Assembly: GCA_040285825.1 (NCBI GenBank)
Contig: JAUPSS010000001.1
Coordinates: 2,108,001 to 2,172,000 of the forward strand
Direction: 5' to 3'
DNA from: Eukaryota sp. TZLM1-RC
Taxonomy: Eukaryota; Protista; Metamonada: BaSk clade
Length of the DNA: 64,000 nt
The number at the start of each line of letters is the position of its first letter. The stretch's first letter is position 1. Positions 23,771-36,699 of this stretch are shown here, in pieces. The position numbers were made by a program, and so were the translations under genes. The notes below the pieces were generated by a model. The model had not been told where the DNA came from and ran no database searches. It saw only the letters and a list, made by a program, of their open reading frames with translations.

Positions 23771-26700
23771 ATGAACATTGTTGATGACTCAACATCTGAT
23801 GATTCTCGAACCTTCAGTTTCGACTATTCTACAGACAATTCGGTTTCTGATTCAGAAGCTATTAGTCAAGGTGACTCTTTATCATCAATATTCGATAATG
23901 AGTCAGAGGGCTCTGATATGATGAACCCTTTCACGAATGCTGAAATCTCATCATTTCAATGTAGTTCAGAGTTTTATGACAGCAATGAAGTCATTGAAGG
24001 TACCACTCACTCTTACATTTCTCCACCATCCAACCATGATGTAGAAATCATTACTCTCGCATGTATCCAGCAAGACGAGGCAGAAGACGACTTGGTATAT
24101 AAGATATTCAATGATCGCGATGAAGTACTAAAATTTGCATCCACGTGCTTTCCCTCCCATGTTTTGACTCGCAATGCAACTCTTGACTTTGATGAAATGA
24201 ACAATGTCTTATTCTCGACAACAGGGTTCATTGGGCCCAAAGACGCCCTCTTGGAGTTTCTCTCTCAGAACTTGCAATGCTTTGCAGAATTTGTGAAAAA
24301 ACGTTCCCCTTCACCTGGTCTCTATCTCTATGTTCAAGGCCACCATCTTCGATTTCTTCTATGGCCTGGTGATCGTGCTTTCGCCACGCATTCTGCACCT
24401 ATATTAACTTTCACTCGTCTGATGTTTGAATTCTGCGAAGAAGTCTTTATGGTATTGTCTGAATCATCTGCCGCACGATTGGTTTTATCTACAAGGCGTA
24501 CTCGTGCTGCTGGCAGAACTTTCAAACCGCAAACAAGAGAAGTTACCCATGATGATTTTGGTGTGCAATCATTGACTCAATGTCATCTGAACCTTGTCAG
24601 TCGAAACGGTGCGTTGTTCTGTCCTGTGATGGAAGCAAGTTTGGTATTGTAAGTGTTAAGCAAGAAAACGAGAAATTTGTACATCGTGAAATTGGCCAGT
24701 ATCAATTGACAACTACCCTGATGAATGCAAGAGTGAGTTTTTCAGATCTTTCAGATGACGATTTTGAATGGGTAATAAATCAGTTGAGAGCGAGCTACTG
24801 CCCTAACCAAATTGCTGATAAATTAATACGCCAGTACGATGTTGAAATTTCCAAGATTGATGAAGAAGTTAAAAAGGTACAGATGCAAGTGAATTCAATT
24901 GATCAAGAAAATAAGGCCTTCAAAACGCAAGTACTCAACGAACTATTGAAATTTATTAAGAATCTTAACCAAAAACAACGTTCAACTGCCACGACTCTAT
25001 CCTATGACAACACATGCCCAATTTGCTTAGATCTCCAATGTTCCAATCGGTTCAAGTGCTGTTTAAATGGTATTTGTTCAAGCTGTGCTGAAATGTTCAA
25101 TGATGGTAGAAAATGTCCTTTTTGCAGAGCCGAAATTGATGGAAGATCTGGTCTTGAGGCTGGTGATAGTAGGCAACAAACTGAACACAATCAAATAATC
25201 GCAACTGGGTCAAATGACATTCAAGACGCATTGTCTGATGTCTTGAGCCCTAGGGACCTTACAGAAATTAATTTATTAAAAAGTCAGATTGTGAGAGAAG
25301 CATTGGAACAATCTGCTAGAAAAATCCGATTAGAAGCTATAGCTAAAGTTAGGAAAAAGTTAAAATTTCCTGGTATTGAACTGAATTCAGAAAGTTTCAG
25401 AGAGTTTGTTACTCAAGACTTTTCAAAACCAAAGTTTTGGAAAAACAAGACAGAACATAACCCTGGATCACTCTTCCGGAAACTGATCAACAAGGTACTT
25501 GAAGTAGAAGCCACAAAGCCTATCATTCTACAACCAGTGTTGGAAGAGACCACCAACAAGGTGTTGAAGCTCATCTCTCTTCAAAGGCATCTATTGACGT
25601 TTTGGTTTCGACAACATCAGAGGCCAGTGCTGAAGCACAAAAATCTGAATTATGGACGAAGTTGCGTAATGATTTTGAAGGAGCGTTCCGCAATGGACCT
25701 GAAACTAAGCCGTTGTATGCAATGAAGAAGGTAGAGAGATCAAATTTTTACTTGGGTTGTTCTTCGAAGGTGATCTATGAAACCCAAAGTTCAAGTCCAG
25801 GAAAGTCATTGACATTTCAACAACTACCACCAACTATGCTAGATGAGGACCAATCTGTTTTCAGTGAACACCAGTTGGTTTCCAAAAAAACAGTTCACAA
25901 TGTCAGTCTAGATTACAAAATAATTGGGTTCTTTAATGATGAAAACACCGTACTTCTTATTCTTTCAAGCCAATTTCGCACTGAAATTCGTTTAATTAAG
26001 TCATATTCACAGCAAGCCAAGCAGCCACCTACTTATCCAAAAAGAACAGTTCTTGCTGACTTTGATCCTGTGTCAAAGATTTTATTACTTTATTGGATTG
26101 AGAATGGCAACCATTCACTTTCTACATTTCTGATTGATTCATCATCCAATAATTTCATTAAGCCTTTAAGAACATTTCCACTGGCTCAATCAGGGAGATA
26201 TGATCATGCCGTGTTATCATCTCCTGACCCTCTTCTACTCAAGCTTGCACTTTTTGCTGATGGAACTAAAGCTGTAGCACTTGATAGAACAAATCATTTT
26301 GTATTTATTGATCTAAAGTTTGACAAAATGAACCATAGGGTAGTTCCCTTAAAGCAAAACATTAATCATGACACTTTGTGGATCAGAACTGTCAAGTCAA
26401 ATCTATTGATTATGATCTACAAATCCATGGGAAAATGGTTCTTGTCCTGCAGGTTTCTATCAACCAATGGTAGATCAGATATTTCTTTAATGCAGCCACT
26501 CAAAGAAGAGATACCATTAGAGATTAGCCACAAACATCCTTCAATTCAATTGCATGAAAGCAAGGAACACTGTAAGTTGTTGATTCTTGAAGGACAAACA
26601 CTTTCTTGTGTTGATCTCCTCATATCTCTGCAGTCTTCGTCTCTCTATCTTCACCATGAAGATGATCGTCAGGAACAAGAACAAATGACCAATTCTTCTA

Positions 26701-29700
26701 ACGATGTTTTAGAAGTTGTTCACAAATCCATTCGAAAATTCTCATTACGCAAATGCCACGATTCACTTTCCTCTGTGGTTGATGCACACACTTTCACAGT
26801 TGTGGCCCCAGTCAATCAATCAACCATCTCCAAACTTCTGTCAACAAATTTCGCTAAACTTCAAACCGAAGGCTTTCTTACACATCCAATCAAAGTTGAA
26901 GTAACCAGTGAGTTCAAGTTACCTGAAAACTCTCCCTCAATTGATGGCCGATCTTTCGTTCAGCGTTGGATTGAGTCTATTCCTATTCAAGTTGCCCGTA
27001 TCGATGGTGGAGTCTTCCTACCCCTTCAAGATGGCCATGACTCTTCCGAATGGTTACAAATGGAACAAGTACATGGAATTACTGCTCAACAAATAGCTAA
27101 ACAACTTCGTTTTGGAGTTTTGGAACTAATCTTCAGTGGTTTTCCTTCCTATCCCATATCAGTTGTGGTTTGTGCTGGTAGTCAATCATCTGGTAAAAGT
27201 TCCTTCCTCAACCATCTTTTCAACCACTTTTTTGACGTTGCTGGATCTCGAACCACTCAGGGTGTTTGGTTTGGAGTACGTGTCTTTGAAGAACGGATTT
27301 GGCTTGCTATTGATCTTGAAGGTCTTGGTAGTTTTGAAAGAACTGCACAAGAGGATTGTTATCAGTCACTGTTCGGTGCCGCTCTTGCTCAATGTTTTAT
27401 TCTTCGAACTACCCATCACTTTGATCGTTTTATTCAAAATTGTTTGAACAGTTGGTCTGAAGCTGCGGTAGTTCTAGCTACAGGAGATGATTTGTTCAAA
27501 GGAACTTTGATCATGGCACCAAGAGATGTTTCTGATGAAGCAGCTGGGGAGGTTATAGAAGATTTCACTGTCCATTTGCAACCAATCTGGGACGAATCTC
27601 TGAGGATTCAGGAAGGACACCAACGTCATGCTCTGTCCATTTTTCCAACAACCAGAGTCATTCCTTGGCCAAGTTACGCTGCTTTTCCTGATTATAGCGA
27701 AGAAATTGGCCTTCTTGTGGACGATTTGATCAATGAGGAACCTCGCTTCACATCACCTTCCAGTTTTCACCAAACTGCTACCTTGCTTTTGGCCAAACTC
27801 TATGTACAAGATTTTACTTCACTCTCCGAAACTGCTTTAAAACAGTTAATTGACGAAGTAGAGTCCTCACTTCCTGATCTCATTGCTGTGGGAATGATTG
27901 GACCAATCGAAGGACAACAACTTCAATACCTACCAGATGATGCCTTAGAACAGTGGCTTTCAGAAGCTGTAGTTGATGATCATTTTTCAAATACCCATTC
28001 TCTTCCACTTTCTTTACCATTGACCAGTGATCAACAGCAAAGATTGTTGTCCTCACAATGTATCTTAGGGCAACACAACAATCTTTCAATTCAAGAATTT
28101 CCTGATGTAGGCTTGTTCATTGCAGCTCCTACCTCCCTGCAGTCAGCAAAGAAACAAGGTGATCAAATAATCTTTGAAAAACTGGCTTCATTCTTTACTA
28201 CAAATATACTGGTTCAACGTCATCGTGGCGACAAGTCCCTTTTTGAGTCATTCCTTCAATCAATACTCACTCGTAGGAGACTCTCCATAATTCAGTGGTT
28301 CAAATCAATAACTGTTGACCATCAGAAAGAATCCGTTTTCACTCGAATGGGAAACGATGTTCAAACAAAGTTAGATGGTCTTGTTGAAAGATACATGCTT
28401 TGCAGAGGGATTTGTCGTCACCTTGGAAAGAATCAGTCCAATGCTTGTAACCTTGAATGTTCTTTGCTTGTAAATCATGAGGGAGACTGCTCTTGTCTCG
28501 GTGATCATGCTTGTGAAAAATCGTGTTCCATTTGCCCTCAAAAGCAGTGCTCACTTGGTGCAGGACATGACTCCAATTGCCTATGCTCTGCTGGTCATGT
28601 TTATGGACAAGAATGTAGTCTTAATCACCACCTTGGATGTGCTTCTTCCTGTATTCGTCAAAAGAATCATGAAGGGGATTGTCTTTGTGGAACTCCATAT
28701 GAAGCTCACTTGTGTGGTCACGAATGTAGCCTACCAGGCTGCAATGACAAATGCCAAGAGCCCCATCATGTTGAACACTCTCGTCATCACTGTGGATCAG
28801 GGGGATGTCCTCATAAATGCCCTTTGTGTCAACGTATGTGCTGCTCTACGGATCATTTCCATGAACAAGAATCAGATCAACATCTTTGTGGTAATGATCA
28901 TAACTGTCCCCATGAATGTTCCAAGCGAGGCAATTGCGAGGTACTGACTCATTTGCGTCAGCGGGAAGAAACGTACGTGACATCAACTGGAGATCAAATA
29001 ACTTATCAGCTTTTTTCTGAGCAAAACGCTGTTCGTAGGCAGTGTGGTGTCTCCATCAGCAGAAAATGTACTTCTCATCAAGGCTCTTGCGATTGTATCG
29101 CAGATTCCCACTTTTGTGATGTAAAATGTGATTCTTGTGGATACTTTTGCATGTTACCCATTGATCATGAAGGACCACATTCAGCGACTCATGGCAACAT
29201 GGGAAATCTTCGTCTCGTTTCTTCATCTCAAGAAGTAAGAGTTGGTAGTGTTGGTACTTTTGGCCGAGGGGATTCTGGAATTTGCTTGACATGCACCAAT
29301 TCCTGCCGTGAGTTTGGTAGAGGTCATATTCATCTGGTTCCTTCAGATCACCCTAAATTAGATCACATTCCTGACACTTCAAAGAAACCTCAGTCTACAA
29401 CTTATGAAAAAGGTTTTGAATTCTTCGAAGTAACATGTGAAGCATATTGGGAATATGTCCTGGAATTCGATCCAAATTTCCAATCTGCTGAGCTTGAATT
29501 GTTCAAAAAATGTCCCGCTGTCTGTAGTGCTGACCATGAAGATAAAGTTTTTTGTGAGCTTGAGATCTTTCATGAACCTTATCAGGGAGAGCTTCCCTCC
29601 ACTGTTCCTAATGGTTACATCTCTCGTGATGGACATGTTTTTTCTTGCACTCACTACGTTGGTGGTAACTTCCACACCTTCCTTATTTTTGATAGAAGTG

Positions 29701-30272
29701 GGTCAATGTCTGATTCATCAGCTCAACCAACATTATCGTGGATAACTCAAAAAAATAAGCTTGGTGCTGTCATTGAAGCAATCTATCATTATATCAGTCG
29801 TAGAGTTCAACAAAACCCTAATGACTTATTTTCTTTTGTTACTTTCAACAGTTCTGCTTCTGTTCTTCAGTCCAGTGTGCAGCTCCCGGCGAATCCCCAG
29901 TCCAACATTTCGTCCATCATGTCTGGGATTTCTCCAAGTGGTGGCACCAGTTTTTACCGTGGCTTTGAAGTTGCTATCAATAAATGCAAACAAATCATCA
30001 CCTCTAGACACAAACCGATCTTCATCTTTTTATCAGATGGCTGGGATGGAAATGAACATGAAAGAACTCGTCAGCTTATCCGTTCGCAGTTTAAATCATT
30101 TCCAGAGACAGTGATTCATACGATTGGTTTTGGTGACGGTGCAGGTCATAGCTGGCTTCAAGAAATCGCATCATTAGGTAATGGTAACTACCATAGAACG
30201 ACAGATACTATTTCTCTTTGTGATACTTTTGTTGGAATTTCTGCCCAGCCAGATCGTAGTGCTTTTGTATAG
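23771..30272 (+). CDS. Giant RING - GBP/atlastin-like GTPase - Cys/His (NF-X1-like) repeats - vWA protein, split by two frameshifts
   Basis: RING CPIC...CSSC...CPFCR; G1 GSQSSGKS, RTTQG, DLEG; long C/H repeats; vWA MIDAS DRSGSM, GGT, LSDG. ORFs 23771-24652, 24580-25725 and 25602-30272 are each offset by -1. Confidence 0.8.
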
Positions 30273-31259
30273 TTGGAATGTTTTTACTGGTAATAAATCC
30301 TCAGTTTTTGACTTGTTTTGGAGATTTAAGATGGAGACAGTCATTATTTGTTTTTACTGTACTGTATCAATTTCACATTCCCTGTTGACTTGGAAATGGG
30401 ATGGACAATCATCACTACCACAACATCAGGAGGCTACTGGTCAATAAATCCACGTTCCTAATGCAAATTCACATTGTTCAATATCAAAATACCAACTCAT
30501 TCACTCAATGACGTTTTTCCACTCATTTGATGTCTCTCGTCAGTAAAGTTCTCTTTTCTTAAAATAATCAATTTTGTTTATGAACTATTAATCTAGACAA
30601 TTTCCAATTTCAATAACCAGACTTTCATCTCTTCCAAATGATCACTTTTATTAAAAAAGGTGTCAGTGAATGAAAGACATTCATCCGTCAATATAGTCGT
30701 CAAATAATGACTAAGAATGACGTTATCCGCCTTTGTTCATTTGAACTAAAAGTTTTGGTTATTTGAGGAAGTTATGTATCTTAACAATTTCAACTACGCA
30801 AAGAATCAACCACACTGTTTCTTGCATATGTCGACATAAACACGTGAGTTCAGAAGAAAATTCAAAGTAATAAAGCTGCGATGTTCTACATTACTCGACT
30901 TTGTTGCTTTTCGTGCACTAAACATAGACAAATAACAGGAAGTTTATGACAGGAATATAAGAAATCAGGAATAATAAAATACAAACTACAATTTAAATCT
31001 ACGATGACGTGATCTACCTTCCTAAAAGGGAAGGTCACGTTTAGCCACAGCTAACAACTTCATGCTATTTTTCATTATTTGAAACAACAACAGATATGTT
31101 TAAGAATAGATCCTTTATCCAAAAACTTTGGACTGAAACAATGTTCTAGAGCAAATGTTTTCTCATTTTCAAAATGTGTAATCATGTTTTTGTTTTGAAC
31201 TTTCATCGGTCAAAATTCCAAAAATACAGTAATGAAAAACGAATTGAACATGATGGGTT

Positions 31260-31890
31260 GTTCTAAATTGATAACTTATCGTTCTTAATTACATGATGCT
31301 GTTAGAGACACTGTTTCTATTATGGCTTGAACTGCAACAATTTCGTTTATTAAAGAGCCTCTACTGAAAGAAAAATTGTCATTGAATAGTTTTGGTTCTG
31401 ATGATAGAGGTGATGTATACTGTGATTGGATTGAGAACTGTGAAGCTGTTGTTGACTTTGTCTCCTGTATTGTTACAAATGACACTTTGGTTCAAAGAAG
31501 AAATTAATCCTCTAAGTGCTCTTGAATTAAAAGCTAAACAAAAACATAGAAAAAATGACAAAGATATCCAAGACGCTAGCTGATAGAAACAGACCACTTG
31601 TTTTTATTACCTTTCCATTTTCTATAATCGGAAGACTATCAGTAGAAGCAGGACAAAACATGGTTCGAAATAAATAAATAAATAAATTAATATGAAGATT
31701 TGATAACTTTTTAGGCGCTCTTGAATTCATTTTGCCATTATTGATAGATTGCCTCGGTTTTTCAATCGGATTAGAGAAGCTTTTGCTAGACATCAAGCAG
31801 ATCAAGATTTTGTAAAGGAAATGTTGGTTTAAGCAATTTAGTTCCACTAGTTATGAGTTTATTTTGTTGAGTGTGCAAGTCCAATAAACA
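31260..31890 (+). mobile_element. RLE retroposon family A 3' fragment
   Basis: Homologous to 18395-19200 (LHDAVRD, KEPLL, RGDV, KHRK) with the same 3' tail. Confidence 0.8.
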
Positions 31891-32436
31891 CTAACATGTG
31901 TTGTACTGTGGACAATTAGTTTAGTACATTTGTATTTATATAGTATAGTTCACTAGTGATGGCTTTTATAAGGGCCGGTGAAATTCTAAAAAATTATTCC
32001 TTATTCTTTGTTATCATATATGGATAAAGCATCACATGATGGGAATGTTTAGTATAAACAAATGTAACAAGTAGAGTGACTTGGAAGCTGAAGCTGAATG
32101 AGTACCTCCATAGAGAAGGTACATTGATCATGTAAACAATAGGTTTAAAAATTGCATAATGAAGACAATTGTGTCCTTAGAAAATGACAAGAAAAAGTTG
32201 CCGTTGTTTTTTTTTAATAGAAAACAACTGCCAGCAATGATTGGTGATTTCAAATTGTTCTGACATGGATTGCGATATAAATGGAATGGTTCAATATTCT
32301 TCTTTTTCAAATAAAAAAGTGTTTCCATTATAACTAGAAATTAATATAAAAATTTATTAATAAATTACTTAATTGTTTAATAAAAAAGAAATAATTAATC
32401 AAAAATTGCCATTTCCAATCAAAAACACCCACAGAG

Positions 32437-35325
32437 CTAATCAATTCGAGGTCTCTTCTCGAATCCCTCATCTTCTGCTCTCCTCTTGATGCTAATCGGA
32501 GTAACAGCTCTACTATCATCACTAGCACTTTCCTCTCCTCCTTCACTAAAATACTCTTCCAAAGCATTTCTCAAATATTCATCGTCAGATTCTGGGTCCA
32601 CAACATAAGAAACCTCTGCTCTTCGACGTGCACCTCTACCATACGACGAAAGATCTTCTTCTTCTTCTACTTTTGGCGGCTCCACCACCCACTGGGGTAG
32701 TTCTTCATGCGTCATTAAAGGAGGAGGAGGGTTTGGTGTTTTGTAACGAGCAGCTCTTTCTTCATCATATTCATCATCCATACGATTGAACAAAACTTCT
32801 TCTTCTTCAGATCTGGCCAATTGTTTGTTGATAACTTTAATATTAGATCCGAGCGTAACATCAGTCATTGCTGAAGAAGGACGATGAATCAACTCCTCCA
32901 AAGCAGCTTTACGTTCTTCATTCGTGGCATTTGGGTTGTATAGACCTGCCTGAATGATTTTAGAATCAATATCAAGTTTATGATGGGCCTTTGAAATGAT
33001 ATTCTCCTCAATTGGTGTAGTTGTGCACAATCTTAATACCCTGACTTCATTCTGTTGTCCTAGTCTATGAGCCCTGTCCTGAGCTTGGAGATCAGCTTGG
33101 GGGTTCCAATCTGAATCAAAAATAACAACTGTATCAGCAGATTGGAGGTTGAGACCTAGACCACCAGCTCTAGTTGATAATAAAAATACAAAATAAGGCG
33201 AATCAGGCCGGTTAAATTCCCTCAAGAGCTCTCCTCTTTCATCTGCTTTGGTTCCACCATCCAGTCGGAGGTAATGGTAACCTCTGTATGAAAGGAATTG
33301 GCCTAAAAGATCCATAATTTGAACCATTTGGGTGAAAATCAACACTTTATGCCCAGTAACACGTAGCTTGGGTAACATCCGGTCAAGAAAAACAAATTTA
33401 CCACTACTTCTTATTAAATCCTCGCTAATGTCGTATTCATCCAGAAATACCCAGGGATGATTACAAACTTTTCGAAGCTGCATTATAGCATTTTGCATAC
33501 CTTTAACAGTAGCTTTCCCAGTTGCTGACGTCATGGTTGCCGTTTTTGTCAGTTGAATACGTTGATAAAAAACGTCCTGCCATGCTGAGAGAGGTACCTT
33601 CACGATGACCTCTTTCTTTCCGGGCAGTTGGTCTTCTACATCGCTTTTGAGTCTACGTAGAAGGAAGGGTTGTAGGACTTGATGTAACCGTTGGATAATA
33701 AGTAGTTCTTCTTCTTCTTCGAGTTCTTGATCCTTTTTATCATCAAATGGGGCAGCAAACCAATTTTGAAAGGACCCCACATCACTAAAAATATTTGGCA
33801 ATAACCAATTCAAAAGCGACCAAAGCTCAGGTAGAGAATTTTGTAAAGGTGTTCCTGTCAAAAGTACCCTATTTCTACTATGATAATCCTTTCTTAAAGT
33901 AGTTGTTAGCTTACCAGCAGAGTTTTTCATTCGATGACCTTCATCAACCACGATGTAAGCCCAACTCACTTTAGACAAATACTTCTTGTCTTTAATAATA
34001 AAATCAAATGTGGTAATGCAAACTTGAAACTTTAGAGGTTCAAGACGTTCCTTGTACAAAGCTTTTCGGCTATCCTTGTTACCAGTAAAGCGCACGACGT
34101 CAATGGTAGGAGCCCATCTGCTGAACTCTAGTTGCCAATTTGCAACAGTGGATAAGGGTACAATAATTAAAAATTGCCCAGTCAGATTCTTTTTTTCATA
34201 TAGATAAGTAATTAAAGCTATTGTTTGAATAGTCTTTCCCAAACCCATTTCATCAGCTAATATACCATTCAATCTATTATTATAAAGAGAGACAAGCCAT
34301 TTAAGACCTTCTAACTGATACCCCTTTAATGTTCCAAACACCAAACTTTGTGGTTGTTCTACTTGCTCAGTGACTTTGTGGGCAATTGAATAGTAAGCCT
34401 TCTTCTTAACTTTAAACTGATCTTCTACCTTGTCAAGATCTTCCACATCAACTTCCTTTTCTTCAGTTTCTTTCTCAATCATGGCTCCAATTGATTGAAG
34501 ATAGGTTTCCGTTTGTTGTAACAGGGTCATTAACCTGTCTTTCTTATGCTCTTGTACCAAATTCATATATGCTTCAACATCATTCGCCTTCAACAATCTT
34601 AACCGCTCTCTTTGCTCTCTCTCCTTCTGCATGGCTTCTCGCTTGTCTTTGGCTGCTAACCAGTGAAGAACGGATTTGGAGATACGTTGACGAGTCTTAG
34701 ACTTAGCTTGGTGGAATGAAAAATGTCGCTTTTGTTGTTCCACTACTGAATCAAGGAAAGATTTTCTCTGTTGTTTGCGTCTAATAAAAGCAGTTTTCTC
34801 CTCGGTCAAGCCTTCAGAAGGGGTGTACAGCGGTGTTCGCGAGAGTGCGGGCAAAACAGGGGTTGAGACCCTGCTGACACGTGTCAACAACTCAGCAGCA
34901 CGGACACGGAGACGACGTTGCAGGGGGATGAGTTCAATGGCATGGCGCTCGTTTTGGAGGTGGATGGGTGCAGCAGGAAGACTTGCAAGCTCTTGTTGTC
35001 GGGCGACAAGGCGATTGACTATACGAGCTTCCCGTATCTCGGCAATGTGGTTGAGATTATTCTTTGATGTATTGGTGTCAGGAAGAACGAGGCGAGAACG
35101 ATCAAACTTATTACGAGAGAGCTCATCAAGGGACGTGAATTGGATGTTGTGTATGCCAAAAGTTTTTTCATTAGGAAACTCCTCAACGGGAGTAGCCATT
35201 CCACCAGGACATAGGGGTCTAACTGGATTTTGTGACAGGTCTTTCAGTTTCTCTAGAACATGTTGAGGTGGTTTAAGATTGCGAGAAAGAAAACGATATG
35301 CAGTGACAAGGTCGGATTGTTGCAT
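32437..35325 (-). CDS. SNF2: SWI2/SNF2 (BRG1/Sth1-type) chromatin remodelling ATPase
   Basis: QLQ-like start, HSA region, GILADEMGLGKT, DEGH, TGTPLQN, QAQDRAHRLGQ, SnAC-like tail; no bromodomain. Confidence 0.93.
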   Translation of the reverse strand: MQQSDLVTAYRFLSRNLKPPQHVLEKLKDLSQNPVRPLCPGGMATPVEEFPNEKTFGIHNIQFTSLDELSRNKFDRSRLVLPDTNTSKNNLNHIAEIREARIVNRLVARQQELASLPAAPIHLQNERHAIELIPLQRRLRVRAAELLTRVSRVSTPVLPALSRTPLYTPSEGLTEEKTAFIRRKQQRKSFLDSVVEQQKRHFSFHQAKSKTRQRISKSVLHWLAAKDKREAMQKEREQRERLRLLKANDVEAYMNLVQEHKKDRLMTLLQQTETYLQSIGAMIEKETEEKEVDVEDLDKVEDQFKVKKKAYYSIAHKVTEQVEQPQSLVFGTLKGYQLEGLKWLVSLYNNRLNGILADEMGLGKTIQTIALITYLYEKKNLTGQFLIIVPLSTVANWQLEFSRWAPTIDVVRFTGNKDSRKALYKERLEPLKFQVCITTFDFIIKDKKYLSKVSWAYIVVDEGHRMKNSAGKLTTTLRKDYHSRNRVLLTGTPLQNSLPELWSLLNWLLPNIFSDVGSFQNWFAAPFDDKKDQELEEEEELLIIQRLHQVLQPFLLRRLKSDVEDQLPGKKEVIVKVPLSAWQDVFYQRIQLTKTATMTSATGKATVKGMQNAIMQLRKVCNHPWVFLDEYDISEDLIRSSGKFVFLDRMLPKLRVTGHKVLIFTQMVQIMDLLGQFLSYRGYHYLRLDGGTKADERGELLREFNRPDSPYFVFLLSTRAGGLGLNLQSADTVVIFDSDWNPQADLQAQDRAHRLGQQNEVRVLRLCTTTPIEENIISKAHHKLDIDSKIIQAGLYNPNATNEERKAALEELIHRPSSAMTDVTLGSNIKVINKQLARSEEEEVLFNRMDDEYDEERAARYKTPNPPPPLMTHEELPQWVVEPPKVEEEEDLSSYGRGARRRAEVSYVVDPESDDEYLRNALEEYFSEGGEESASDDSRAVTPISIKRRAEDEGFEKRPRID

Positions 35326-35784
35326 ATGCCGGAATTGAATCCTTTGAAGTGAAATTCAAATTGAAATCTTGATCTAGTGTAGGTCATTACAGTGCAGCAG
35401 TGATTCAACGTCTATATCAGCGCTTTCTTATGACCACACATCTACATTTTTCAAAGCTGTTATTCAGTCTAGTGATGTGATGTTCCTATCAAATTGCTAG
35501 CTTTGTCATATACAGTCTCAAAATTCCTACTTCTGTTATATAAGAATCGTAATGATATTTATTTAAGTGTAGTCTTTTGTGTTCCCTTCCTAATCAAACC
35601 ACTTTGCCTGAAAACCTGCAATCAAACGCATCATATGAAAGAACCATCAAAACTAACAATCGGAAAACAAAACTAATATGTACATTAAATGGAAAAAAGG
35701 CAATTAAAATGAGTAAAAAATGAAAAATTGTAAATAAATACATTAATGAATACTATAAAGGATATACATGGAGATCATTGCGAT

Positions 35785-36447
35785 TCAAGTCAAACAATCA
35801 ATAGATTTCACATCATCACCCAAGTTGGTCCAAAATTCTTTCCAATTCATCAAATACTTTTCCGCGGCATTATTGGGGGGTGGGGGAGGAAAAATGGTTT
35901 TAACTTGTAAGGGATCTATCGAACAAACAAGCCCCTCAATAAAGCCAATTTCTGATTTAAAAGCTACTACTTCACCCACACTCAAAGGATTCTCGTTTGC
36001 ATCTCGTACTGGTAACTTTGTGTAGGGACGAGGTTGCTGTGGAGGGTAAGTAGATGATAAAACGCGATGTGCCGTGGTAGTGTTGCGCAAACCTTTGGGC
36101 AGGGGAATTGTGGGCTGCTCAGGTTTTTGATGAGGTTGCAACTCTTCATTTGCAGGTGATTCAGATTCAGATTCTGTTGATGATTCTTGGGTAGACATTT
36201 CAGATTCTGAAGAAACATCTATAACACGAGGTTTTTTGGCTGGGGGTGCTCCAGGAATATGGGAATCTTGCTTTAATAGGTGTAATATTTCCATGACTTG
36301 TGTAAGGGAAGTTTGTAACAAAGTTAGGCGATCTTGTAGAGCCAAACGTTTAGTGAGATCTGCTTCATTAGTGAGATCTGTGTGACATTGTAGAATCGAG
36401 TCTTGTAAGAAATAAACTCTACTTATTGTGGTTGAAAGTTCAGACAT
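35785..36447 (-). CDS. Uncharacterised nuclear protein with possible coilin-type Tudor domain
   Basis: 220-aa ORF; coiled coil, NLS PPAKKPR, acidic Ser-rich linker, then YTKLP...VGEVVAFK...EG.V. Confidence 0.5.
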   Translation of the reverse strand: MSELSTTISRVYFLQDSILQCHTDLTNEADLTKRLALQDRLTLLQTSLTQVMEILHLLKQDSHIPGAPPAKKPRVIDVSSESEMSTQESSTESESESPANEELQPHQKPEQPTIPLPKGLRNTTTAHRVLSSTYPPQQPRPYTKLPVRDANENPLSVGEVVAFKSEIGFIEGLVCSIDPLQVKTIFPPPPPNNAAEKYLMNWKEFWTNLGDDVKSIDCLT

Positions 36448-36699
36448 CTGATGATGACAGAATGTTTATTAAGAAATGATGAAATTAAGAAATGAACAAG
36501 GCTTTCTAAAGCAAAATTTATACCATTTCTGTCAAGGCTACTGTTTCATTTAAAAAAATTTTTGTTTCAATTCCAATTCTATTCAAGGGAAATTTTGTGA
36601 AAAATGAGTTTTAATTTAGTGTGTTACTATTATACTCTTTCGTCATGTTTTTATTCATTTAATTAGGAAGATGAAAACATAAAATACACAACTAAAACT

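Noticed and set aside
25561-25586. 26-nt GT-AG intron that would fuse ORF2 and ORF3 of the giant GTPase gene
   Set aside because: Lacks the branch A at -7 found in all nine supported introns; a frameshift is more likely. The same applies to a 38-nt option at 24563-24600.
34775-35266. 163-aa antisense ORF and many similar shadow ORFs
   Set aside because: Opposite well-supported genes, with no motifs of their own.
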